A DNA stretch of 63,948 nucleotides, counting the filler, from Lenisia limosa (taxonomy: Eukaryota > Protista > Breviatea), in NCBI GenBank assembly GCA_001655205.1. It is 11 parts of 11 records of this genome, joined end to end, with 100 filler letters (N's around TTAATTAATTAA, not from the genome) between each part and the next. Parts side by side here need not be neighbours in the genome. Positions count along the whole stretch, not along the records: positions 21,842 to 36,150 come from LPNZ01008945.1; positions 36,251 to 43,606 come from LPNZ01001693.1; positions 43,707 to 52,079 come from LPNZ01009223.1; 8 more parts are not named here. One strand, given 5' to 3'. Shown piece by piece: positions 35,856 through 46,922 of this stretch (position 1 is the first letter of the stretch; the number at the start of each line of letters is the position of its first letter). The translations under genes were made by a program, and so were the position numbers. Below the pieces are notes generated by a model. The model searched no databases and was not told the origin of the DNA. It was given only the letters and a program-made list of their open reading frames with translations.

Positions 35856-38460
35856 ATGTCTTCGTCTCTAAAATTGCAGAGGTGTGACACAAGAAAGCAT
35901 TAACAGAATTTCCGAACTCCTTCCAAGAATCAAGACAAAAATGGAACTAATACATTTAAGAAAATGCCCACTATACAGACCGAATAAATACAAGAAAGAA
36001 AGGACTAGCGTTTTTGCTGGCCAAGTTTGATGGCGTTGATGATGGAAACCATAGGGTCGTCTTCTGTGAAGGAGTAAGTGGTCCATATATATACATGTAT
36101 ATATATCATATAGTAATGAGAAAAAAAATAATAAGGTTGTATCTGGCCGANNNNNNNNNNNNNNNNNNNNNNNNNNNNNNNNNNNNNNNNNNNNTTAATT
36201 AATTAANNNNNNNNNNNNNNNNNNNNNNNNNNNNNNNNNNNNNNNNNNNNCCCCCCCCCTCCAACCGTGTCGAAACTTCTCAGCAGTGGTTATGACGTTA
36301 GTTGGAGTCTCCAATGCGCTAAAACGGTGAATCATTTGTTGTTTTTTGAGAGAAGAGCTACTCTAAATGTAGTTTTGAAGAAATACTTGACCTCCCATAC
36401 CCTGTTCCTCTAAAAATATGTAGGTATTATTTCAGCGTCTGCAATTTAAAAATTATGAACAATATATAATATATCATATATAAAAAAAGAAAGGTTGATT
36501 GTAAATAGTACAGGCTATTTTCAAAAACTCTCACCTGGTTCTTAATTTCGAGTTATCCGCGAAGGATGTGGCAGGGCGTTGCCCTAATTAATCAGTAAAA
36601 AAGGAGGGGAAATAAAAAAAGGCTCTGACCGAATCCGTCCACACCATCACACTTCTAATAATGAAGGAAAAATGTCGAAATTTATCAAAGGTTGATAAGT
36701 ATACCCCTCTCCCACGCATAGAAATGGACAAGTCATGTACTAAGATTATCCAATATCGTTTATAAGCGCGATAGTGTGGACGACGTCGGCCAAACACAAC
36801 CTTGTTTTATTTCTCATATAGTATGTACTTATTTGGTACTTCGCTTTCAGCTCCAAAGCAATACGCCACCCATAGAAATGAACAATACTCCCACCCATAG
36901 ACGTAGACAGGCCACGCGATTTGAGGCGTGTGGAAAACTTGGAGGAGGATTGCGCCGTCGTATTCGGCCGAAGAAGCGGTTCTGCGGATTAAAATGGATC
37001 GAAACTGTATGCATTGATTTGAAACGATAGTAGAAGCCTGCTTTCAAGCAGTTTGTAAACAGAAAATGTATCAGATTAATTAACGAAAAATAGGGTTCCT
37101 TGGAGCGATTAATGCACCTTCATCCATTTTGTATTGATAATGACTAGATATCAATATTTATCGGATTTATCCATTTATCGAGAATTTAATGGGGGATTCG
37201 GTCTTTTTTGGGACCGTAGGGAAGCCCTGACAAAGTTGACATTGAGAATAGAGTATTTGAGTGATTCACGGTCAATATGGCGAGAAATAAAGAATAACAT
37301 TCTTCGGATTTCCAAGACAACTCCCATTCCCTGCTTAAAACCCATATATATATCAAGGCTCTCCCAAACCCATACTCCCGCTCCCATAAATAACCCCCAT
37401 TCTACACACAGGTACCCCATTCTACAGCCGGGTACCATCATGAGGCCTTTCATCAAGGGCGGCAAACATCGACTGACCCGCCAAAGCGGACCGGTTTAAA
37501 CCCCTAATTTGGTAATTTCATAATTTCGTGATTTTGAGATTGAGAGGGGGGGGAGTAGCTTCTCTTTCAGTTTCAAAAGAAGGATTATCAGGGGGCGATT
37601 GGCGATAAATATCAACATTATGAGTGAAGCTCAAGTTGAACCCTGATTGGTGATGTCTTGAGGATTCGAAATCCTCGAAAAATATTTACCCAATATTTCT
37701 TAATAACAAAATTTAATTGATTCCAGGGACATAATAAGCCCTCCAACTTATTTGACCGTTTGGTTGGTGTGGGAGATCTAAAACAGTAAAACTAAGAGAC
37801 ATGATTGAAAACGGCTATAATAATATGTCTATGTCTGACCGAAGGCGTCTACTCTATATTATACGTATATTGGCTATTGAGTATATCGATATATCATATT
37901 CATATGCACTTGTATAAAGTTACTGTTTTAGTTCTCATTTCAACATACTGTTATCCCACAAAATATATTATCAATTAACTACAAAAGTTAATGTTTCTAT
38001 TACGAGAACTATATCGCCCTTTACCCCTGGGATTTTGACATTTTGGAAGCCTTGAACTCAAGTTCCCACGCTGCCAATTCTCGACCCTTGTCTGCAACGT
38101 GAAAACAGAAAAAAGTTAGCTCTAAAAATACATACACAGTGTATACTATATAATATCAAATATTATATACAGCTGAATAACTTTAGGATATCAAGTATCC
38201 TTTGTCTCCCTATGCGAAGAGATGAGAAATAAAAAAATCTGGCCGAAGCCGTCCACACCATCACGTTTATCAGAGAAAATGGATTATTGTACAGTATTTA
38301 TTCACCCAATCATTTGCCTGACAACTCCACACAGCTTTCTGTGTGCCTCCCCAGCATACATGTACCTTTGCCTCAACACAAAAACCCAGATAATACGATA
38401 GATAAGATATCATATCATAGTATCTGTACATAATATGGCTACAAACGAGATCCATGTTAG
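35856..38460 (+). CDS. Multi-exon gene of unknown function, probably spanning the spacer at 36195
   Basis: Exons FDGVDDGNHRVVFCEG; VWKTWRRIAPSYSAEEAVLRIKMDRN; YPILQPGTIMRPFIKGGKHRL; GHNKPSNLFDRLVGVGDLK. Confidence 0.4.
36116..36150 (+). repeat. Family B copy truncated at the contig end
   Basis: aatgagaaaaaaaataataaggttgtatctggccga then N. Confidence 0.7.
36610..36660 (+). repeat. Family B degenerate copy
   Basis: aaataaaaaaaggctctgaccgaatccgtccacaccatcac. Confidence 0.65.
38222..38313 (+). repeat. Family B full copy
   Basis: atgagaaat...atctggccgaagccgtccacaccatcacgtttatcag...ggattatt...tttattcacccaatcatt. Confidence 0.85.
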
Positions 38461-38799
38461 TGGTCAGTGTATTCAAAATATGTGCATATATGTGCTTTGT
38501 TTTGCTTTGTTGTTGTATTATTTCTTTATTTTTACATCTTAATCAATTCCTGCACCCAATAGTTATCAAATTTCCCTTGATTTTGTCAAATCCCTCTCCT
38601 GCCACCCTTCCCCTTTCATATTTTTAAACAAAATTATCTAAGTTGTAAGCTTCCTAATTTCCACCCCTCAGCATCTAAATTTCTTCAATGTTTTGTTTTT
38701 GGAATGCATCCAATTGGTTTGGTTTTTAAAACCCCATTTTGTGCCATGAATGGGAAATGCATTATGATATATATATTATGTTTTTAGCCTTATTGCAAG

Positions 38800-41700
38800 C
38801 CCGCGTTGATACCCACCATAATCTTCGAACGTGAGAGATTGTGCCCCCTTCTTGGTCTGTGATGGGGATGGGTACTTCTTTGCAACTGAAGACATGTTTA
38901 GTTCACACGTGTGAAAATGATCCAAAAAGATATTACGATAAAGAGTAGCTGTATCTTTAGTCATGTCTGTGAAAGTGAAAAATAAAATCCTGTAACCATC
39001 AGACTCTAAAAATGACAAGCAACTGAAAAAGAGATTTGTCTTCTTATTCTGTAGAACAAAAAATGGTAGAGGGGAGGGGTAGTTTGAAGCGATATGAATA
39101 AATATGATGAAAACGAGAAGATCAAGTTATCATGAGACAATGAAAATCTAAGCAACATCTCAAAGACTTTGATATACTACTTGAGCTTCACTTCGGTTCG
39201 AAAAAGGCCTCGAGAAATTTTCATATTAAGAATGTGCAGATTGTGGAAAGAACATGTTTCTAAGCATCTGAGGCATATACCTTAGAATATAAAAATAAGA
39301 AAAAAAAAACAAGGTTGAATAGCAATAGACGCCGGTAAAATATCGATAGTTTTCGAGGATATGTAGAGAAATTCAGTCTTTTTTCGAACCGAAGTGAAGC
39401 TCTTTATACACAAAAAAACTTCTAAGAAACTAAATCCAAAACAGTCTGAAACACAGACGTGAGCATGGAAATGTGTTTATGGTATCACTATGTATTTGAT
39501 TATTAGTTTATCTATATGATATCATATATTATTTCTCCTGTTCAAAAAAAAAAATACATAGAAACAAGGACTATACTCTCAACCATCAATATTGAGAACC
39601 TCTTAATTGCATTGGAACAGGGCTTCACTTCAGAACAAAAAATTCCGGTAAAATATCGATAGTTTTCGAAGATTTTTCGACAAATTTAGTCTTTTTTTGA
39701 GCCAAAGTGAAGCCCTAATTGGAACAGTATTCGAAACCCATTCACTCCAATAAGCATTGTGAAACAAATTCAGTATTTTCGGGCAAAAAGAGCCAAAATC
39801 CAGCGTTACTACATACCCGAAGTGGACTGGGTGGCTGACAGAGGTTTCGGAGAATCCCATCTGAACTGTAAATTTCTTATGTGTACCTATCCACCAGTGA
39901 TATGATCATATGTTAACCCATATCCACCAGTGATATGTATGTTTATCCATTTGTGATATGTATGCTAACCCATATCCTCCAGTGTAAATACATGCCGATA
40001 GCTGGGGCAAAAGTGAAAAAAACGTGTGTTTTTGGTTCCCGACAAAAAAGTTTTTTTAAAAAAACGGTGGAAATAGACTCTGAAATGAGAAGAAAACTTT
40101 ATTCCACTACTTATCCGTTTGACTGTATAATAATATGCATATAATTATCTATATCGATATATATAGATATCATATAATATATATATATACAATGACTGTG
40201 ATGTCCTGATACGCCGGATATTCAGCTTTGTCTTTAGTCAATCGTGTCAGAACTTATCGCTGTCACTATAAGAGCACAATATGCATTAAATTGTACGTCA
40301 TAAGAAATATGATACTTATGAATATGATGAAGAAGACAGATCTTCAGAAAGATGGAAGAATGTACATGTATCTTATGAGGAACAAAATTAAATATTATTT
40401 GAAACAGACAACGTATGCAATCAAAGTACAATAATGGTGTTAGTGCTATTTGAAATAGAGTGTCAATATTCAGTTTAAGAAAATGTACCGTCATACCTAT
40501 TTTCCCCTGTTTGAGGCCTCAAACGAACGGATGAAATGTCGTCCTCGGCTTCATTTAAGGGCATTGTGGATGGCCGTGTGTCTAGAAAAGTAAATAGAAC
40601 TATCAATAAAAGCTGCTATGACTTTGTTTATGGTATTGAAATTGCTTATGGTGCTGATGATTATGATATTGAAGAGACTATGTTTTGGTGTTGAAAAGGC
40701 TCCAACCAAAACCTCACAATACGATGCAGATACCCGAGGTAGTGTACCATTCGGGTTTATTTTGTATCTCAAAACCAACAAGGCCCCTTAACGCTGATTA
40801 AACTTTTGTTTCTTGGATACAATCCCCCTTCCCAGATTTTGACCATTATTTCCCCTTTTGACCATTATTTCCCTTTTTGACCATTATTTCTTGGGATAGT
40901 ACAGCCCCTTCACAGATTATGATGTTCAAGCCCCCCCCCCCCCCNNNNNNNNNNNNNNNNNNNNNNNNNNNNNNNNNNNNNNNNNNNNNNNNNNNNNNNN
41001 NNNNNNNNNNNNNNNNNNNNNNNNNNNNNNNNNNNNNNNNNNNNNNNNNNNNNNNNNNNNNNNNNNNNNNNNNNNNNNNNNNNNNNNNNNNNNNNNNNNN
41101 NNNNNNNNNNNNNNNNNNNNNNNNNTAGAAGCTTGATGGTGTGGATGGCTTCAGCCGGATAAGAAACAAAAATCAATAAAATAAAATTGAAAGGTGGGGA
41201 TGCCTTTCCCACCGCCAGGGAGTTGGGGTTGGGTTGTGGGACTTTTTGAGATATGACAACTTTCAGCGGGTGATTTGAAGAGAGAGGAGGCTGGTGGCTG
41301 AGCTCTAAATGGATAAGAACAAAATAAAACACAACTCCTTCACCCACCCTCTCTCCAACTACGCTTCCCCATTAAAGGCTTATATTTGTTTTTGTGTTTT
41401 TGTCATCTGGTTTTTGTCTAGTTTTACCGTTATTGCTTTGTTTTTTAATTTGCTTGGAGTTTCAGATTATTTGGTTCGTGATTAATACCTTTACGCCAAT
41501 ATTCTTCATCAAAATTTCTTTCGTTTTACTCCCCCCCACCAGCTACAAGGTGATTTTTTGCTTTTGTCCACAATCTCCCCTCGCCAAAAACTTTCTTCAT
41601 ACCCCCACCCCCCTCTGACCTCCTTCAGAATGGGTGAGGCGCATCAGTCGATCATCGAAAGAAAGCTGAGACTGGGGAAGTATTAGATGAGAAATGAGTG

Positions 41701-42110
41701 TAAATATTGCCTAATTTAGGTAAATATGACATATTTAAGGTAACTAAAGCAAAATTCGAGGCAAATATGACATATTTAAGGTAAATATAGTGGGGAAAAG
41801 AATTCATCAAAAAAGAGTCAGAAAAAAAACAAAAAAAACAATATGACCCGCCCACCTTGACTTTTGCTCTGGGGCTGGTTTGCCTCCTTGGTGGTGTTTG
41901 GCTTGTCTATTGCAATAAGGCGAAAAGTTATTTTTGAGTTTATGATCACAAAACGGAAATTATACAGACAGGGAAACTAAATCGGATACTCACATCAAAT
42001 ATAGACCCCCTCAGACCACAACCATCATATTATCATCAGAGTACTGCTTGATCGGTTCTGAGGCAAGTTTGACCGGACCGCTCCAGGCTATTTTTGCAGG
42101 TTCTTCCCTA
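38800..42110 (-). CDS. Multi-exon gene of unknown function
   Basis: Minus exons PREEPAKIAWSGPVKLASEPIK; DKPNTTKEANQPQSKSQ; SQLSFDDRLMRLTHSEG; NEAEDDISSVRLRPQTGEN; FRWDSPKPLSATQSTS. Confidence 0.4.
39183..39402. mobile_element. Family A derivative (220 bp) with perfect 23-bp TIRs and an internal insertion
   Basis: GAGCTTCACTTCGGTTCGAAAAA ... TTTTTCGAACCGAAGTGAAGCTC. Confidence 0.85.
39620..39715. mobile_element. MITE family A, full copy
   Basis: gggcttcacttcag...ccggtaaaatatcgatagttttcgaag...gccaaagtgaagccc-ta. Confidence 0.9.
40836..40889. repeat. ~19-bp tandem repeat, 3 units
   Basis: ttttgaccattatttcccc units. Confidence 0.8.
41126..41185 (-). repeat. Family B copy
   Basis: Reverse complement: tttcttatccggctgaagccatccacaccatcaagc. 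Confidence 0.7.
41455..41542 (+). repeat. Family G element ending in a C-run plus AG
   Basis: tacctttacgccaatattcttcatcaaaatttctttcgttttactcccccccaccag; similar to 60770-60858 and 61890-61979. Confidence 0.65.
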
Positions 42111-43098
42111 GGGAATAAATCATTTGTCGTTTTTTTGGAATCCCATCAAACAATGTTGATCTGGGAATTCAGTTTGATGAATATATCCCTAAAAACAATG
42201 ATCATTTGTATGGATCTCTCAGTAAGTCGGTTTGACGATTTGAGGAAAATACAACAAGTACATTTCTATATTTTTAAAAAAAACCTTTTCGTAACAGGGT
42301 TTTTGTGTTTCGCTTGAATTATTATGTACAGCAGCAATAAGTCATGAAACGATTGAATAAAGATAAAGCTCAATGTCCATGTTATCATACACTAGGTGAT
42401 AGCATATCTAAATTGGGCTTTGTTTACCTGTTAATTTTCAAAACTAAAGATATACCCCACATGCTATCATTATACGACCCCCCCCCCCCCNNNNNNNNNN
42501 NNNNNNNNNNNNNNNNNNNNNNNNNNNNNNNNNNNNNNNNNNNNNNNNNNNNNNNNNNNNNNNNNNNNNNNNNNNACGGATATGGGTCGTGCAAGTTCTT
42601 CTGATATGGGGGGCTTTGACTTAGGGGCTTTGACTTGGGCAATAATACAAACATTTTGTTTGTATTTATCCAAGCTCTGCCCAGTATTGTAAACTATAAT
42701 AGCGCTATGAAGACTGGATGAGTGTATAATATTCGAAGATGATCGCAACAAGAATAGAAAACAGGATAGATCAACAGAGTAGCCCTACATTGTGCTTGGT
42801 AGTCTTTAGAGGTCCTTCTTTTTCATTTAATTTACACTAAAAACTGTTCAAAATCGAGCAATAGGAGGACAGAGAAGGTATGGTGTGTTTGAGAAGAGGC
42901 GGTTGAACTATTGCTTGACGACAATTTGGTAATTTTACAACTGTCTCGACTTGTTTAGGTTAATAATACTAATTAGAACTACAAAAAACCAAAAAATGCA
43001 TTTTTTTTCCGTTTTTCTGCATTTGATCTTGATCTACTTGCACTTTTTTTTGTTTTTTTTTGGATTTTCACGCCTCTTTCCTTCTTTCTCAGCTAATA

Positions 43099-43239
43099 AT
43101 GCCCCCCAAGAAGAGACAAACCTCGATCGTCGACATGATCAAGCCCAAGGACTCCAAGAAGCCCAAGAAGACTCCTGAATCTGAAGAGCAGACATCAGAT
43201 AAAGAGCTGAGCTATGCTACTTTGGAGTCTTCTATCATG
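43099..43239 (+). CDS. First exon of a lysine-rich protein; contig ends downstream
   Basis: ATG...MPPKKRQTSIVDMIKPKDSKKPKKTPESEEQTSDKELSYATLESSIM, then a GT donor. Confidence 0.65.
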
Positions 43240-43724
43240 GTTGGTTGGGTGATTTATTCTATCATCACTTTTTGGTCTTTTTAACTGTCATTTTCCACGC
43301 AATGATATGATACCTCATATCCCTCGTATGATAATTGACTGAAAAGTCTCAATGATACTCTGATACACTCGGGATAAACCCTCGAATAATCTGTAATGTT
43401 AATAAGCGTTTCTAGCATTTTTCGGGTTATTAGGGGGGGGGGGATCCCTTTTCAAACTCCGCTTTCATCTGGTTGGCGAATTTCGTGTTTTATTTGGCTG
43501 AAAAGGGGATATTACTGATCAACTTATAAAATAGAAAAATGCAACTTATCAGACACAAGAGGATATTGTCACTGGGTTTCTTTTATTCATTCGTCAAGAA
43601 GATATTNNNNNNNNNNNNNNNNNNNNNNNNNNNNNNNNNNNNNNNNNNNNTTAATTAATTAANNNNNNNNNNNNNNNNNNNNNNNNNNNNNNNNNNNNNN
43701 NNNNNNAAAATGTTCATTTGGCTT

Positions 43725-43790
43725 GTTTTCACAGATAGAGGAAAATTCACAGATATATGGACGGTGATAGAAATTTTTTTAAAAAAAATC
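43725..43790 (-). repeat. Family F repeat end
   Basis: Reverse complement of ccgtccatatatctgtgaattttcctctatctgtga, also at 46268-46335 and 48853-48912. Confidence 0.85.
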
Positions 43791-43819
43791 ACTTGATTTA
43801 ATTGATAATATCCTCCCAG

Positions 43820-43948
43820 TAGCTCGTCAGAACAAGGCTTCCCCCAAAAAGAAAGCTACCTCCCCCAAAAAAGCTACCAAAAGTATGTTACTTTGAAATG
43901 GTGTCGTTTTCTCATTTTGAATCGCCTGTCAAGAAGAAGGCAAAGTAG
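43820..43948 (+). CDS. Last exons of a protein with a histone-H1-like SPKK tail
   Basis: ARQNKASPKKKATSPKKATK, then KSPVKKKAK* if the 43883-43919 intron ends in TG. Confidence 0.6.
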
Positions 43949-44849
43949 CTTTTAGTCATCTTGTTTCCTTTTTTTCTTATGTTGTACATTATTCTATATT
44001 TTTTCCAGATTCCATTGCGTGAATGAGAAAATACCTCATATGGTTAAGTCCTATTCTGCTTTGTTGAGGGTAAATAATCTTAAACTGTTAATAGTGTATT
44101 TCTGTGCAGAGTTGATGTGTGTTGCAAGTATGATAATATTACTTTTGCTTTTCTTTCTTCATAAAACACTTGTGTGATATGTATATACCTTCAAAACTTG
44201 ACAACAAGGGTGCACTAGCCATAGAGAAGCCAACTTGAAGGATGAGAAGACGAAACTCATAAGCCAAGAGATAAGTAGTAAACTTGATTGAATACATACT
44301 GTTTTAACGGGATGCAAAAATCGATATAAGCAACTGATACAAGGGGAGACCAAAGTCGAAACGGTGGCTATACTTGACATCAGCATCAAGGAAAGGATTT
44401 GCGAGGGGAAGGAAACATCTAATTAACAACGATCAATCTGCAGACAATGTTTGAGTATCTATCTTGTTATATAGCCAGAAAAAAATACCATTTTGCTTGT
44501 AAAACAAACTGATTTTTAAAACTGAACTGGAGTGAACTGTGTCTCTTAGATTGTCTTAGAATACTTCTTTAAAAAACAGGAGGCTTGTCAGGACACTTTG
44601 ATTCAAATTTTTACTGAGATCTCCGAAATTTGTTCACTTTACTGCTCCCCCTCCTTCCTACCTTAATTATAATATCTTTTCCCTTAATCTACCCAAGCTA
44701 AACAGTGATTAAAAAAGAAAAATACAGAAAATTATTTCTTAAAACTGTCCACCGCAGGCCCTAAATCGTAGAAACTAAGTTACAAAATTTAATTGGACTT
44801 CCGCTTCTAGGTAAAGGTCAAAACGATCAATTCTTATCAATCCGAAAAG

Positions 44850-46240
44850 CCTTTGCAATGGGCACATGTGTCACTGGTAACAGAAATGAGAGATAATGAT
44901 GGAAGGGTAGCAAGTGTGAGACAATGGTTGAAGGAGTTTGAGAGCCGTCAGATGACAAACCAGGTTTGCTTTATCCCGTTGTGTTTTACCTCTTCTATTT
45001 TGCATCTTGTATACAGGGCTTCACTTCGGTTCAAAAAAAGACTGATTTTCTTGATAAATTCTCGAAAACTATCGATATTGTACTGGTCTTATTCGGACTG
45101 AAGGCCTTTGTATACTGTGCAGTAAATAACTAATCAGGTTTACCATTGTTGCTTGGTGTTATTTTTTAACATTATTTTCGCCTAAGCAAGGTCTAATTCA
45201 CAAGTCGTCAAGAAGCTAAAGATCATCAATTTGACTGATTCACTTATTGTTTCATGTCAGGGAGAAGAAGCAGGCTGCTGAGTAACTCAGCCGATTTCCC
45301 GTGGTGAGATGATCTGAGTCTCTGTGGACTCCCGCTGGTCGAATGTTTGGTGTCAAAAACTGAATGTCATGTGCCACTTTTCTAGAGATTTGGTTGGAAT
45401 TCAACTGATTCTCTCTACCATACTGGGAAAATGTTTGTTTGGATATAACGTGGCCTCAGCAGCTTTGGAACGTAGAATCTTCACTTATTTTTTCAAGTAT
45501 GATGATGGTTCTATCATAGTATGGAAAATGATTGTCCTCCAGGAGTTTGAATATTTGTTCGAATCAAATGGAAACTGGATCAGTCAGTATTCCGTAACCT
45601 GCATAGATGTCACTACTGGATTAAATGAAGGTTTGAAAGTGAAAAAATATATTATATTTTTGAGTGCGTTCGCCGTTGGTATCAATCTGGATGGTGCTAT
45701 CTTTCAACAGGTAATCAATCAACCAAGCTGATCATTCTACTAATTGTATTGTAAAAAGAGAGGGGGGGGGGGGAGAGAAAACACCTGTATTGCATGGGGG
45801 TAGTAGAATATATCTGGGGAGATCATCCTGTCAAGTATATTTGCAGGTTNNNNNNNNNNNNNNNNNNNNNNNNNNNNNNNNNNNNNNNNNNNNNNNNNNN
45901 NNNNNNNNNNNNNNNNNNNNNNNNNNNNNNNCAATCTCCCGCTCCTCGATTGACAAAAACACTTGATTGCGCTATTCAAAAGAATATCTTATTGTCAATG
46001 TGACCTGCACGGGCATTTTGGGTACAATCGTTCACGAAATTATACGGTTGCCGTGTGGCTTTTATATGTATGTTATGAATCTAAATCAGTTTCAAGATAA
46101 ATGTGTATCTGGTCGGCGATATATATGTGAGTCCTCAAATCTCCAAACATCATTCCAAATTCACCGGACACATCAAAACTCCCGGACAGCTTGAAGTTGA
46201 CACCTTGTAGAGGACAGATACAAGAGAAATGGACCTCCTA
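44850..46240 (+). CDS. Multi-exon gene of unknown function, possibly a beta-propeller
   Basis: Exons PLQWAHVSLVTEMRDNDGRVASVRQWLKEFESRQ; SNSQVVKKLKIINLTDSLIVSCQG; GSIIVWKMIVLQEF...YSVTCIDVTTG; AFAVGINLDGAIFQQ. Confidence 0.45.
45016..45106. mobile_element. MITE family A copy, intronic
   Basis: gggcttcacttcggttcaaaaaaagactgattttcttgataaattctcgaaaactatcgatattg. Confidence 0.85.
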
Positions 46241-46267
46241 ATGTTCCCCAACTTTTTTATTCCATTT

Positions 46268-46645
46268 TGAACATATCACACACCGTCCATATATCTGTGA
46301 ATTTTCCTCTATCTGTGATTTTTTTGAAATATACGGACAATTTTGATAAAAAAAATGGCATATATTAACTAAGAGAATTGTCATAACACTCTTGTTGCTC
46401 ACAAAAATGACAATNNNNNNNNNNNNNNNNNNNNNNNNNNNNNNNNNNNNNNNNNNNNNNNNNNNNNNNNNNNNNNNNNNNNNNNNNNNNNNNNNNNNNN
46501 NNNNNNNNNNNNNNNNNNNNNNNNNNNNNNNNNNNNNNNNNNNNNNNNNNNNNNNNNNNNNNNNNNNNNNNNNNNNNNNNNNNNNNNNNNNNNNNNNNNN
46601 NNNNNNNNNNNNNNNNNNNNNNNNNNNNNNNNNNNNNNNNNNNNN
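46268..46645 (+). repeat. Family F repeat (largely masked)
   Basis: aacatatcacac-accgtccatatatctgtgaattttcctctatctgtgattttttgaaata, followed by an N run. Confidence 0.75.
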
Positions 46646-46922
46646 TGTCAAAAATTCGTAAATTTGTTCTCCCGAAGGTCCCCCTCTTGCCTTTTCACAG
46701 GATTTTTAATTGAATCTTACCCTCTTTTTAGTCTTTTTTTTTCTCAAAAAGGGTGAATATCGTAAACAAAGAGATAAATTGCAGATTTGCTTGAGAAAAC
46801 CAGAATTAGCGAGAGAGAAAAAAAACCAGAATTTTGAACGGCCGCATATAGCAGATATATATGATATACTATATATACTATATATATCTACTTTTTCTGT
46901 AAATTCCACTGTCATGTTCTAG

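Noticed and set aside
36930-37010. EEAVLRIKMD as glutamyl-tRNA synthetase
   Set aside because: The match is too short, and neighbouring exons show no HIGH or KMSKS context.
43099-43239. Assignment as uracil-DNA glycosylase or histone H1
   Set aside because: Only a low-complexity N-terminal exon is visible; no diagnostic domain.
44245-44295. Another GT-TG intron on the minus strand (ends ctcttg)
   Set aside because: An in-frame 17-nt GT-AG alternative exists and there is no homology to decide between them.
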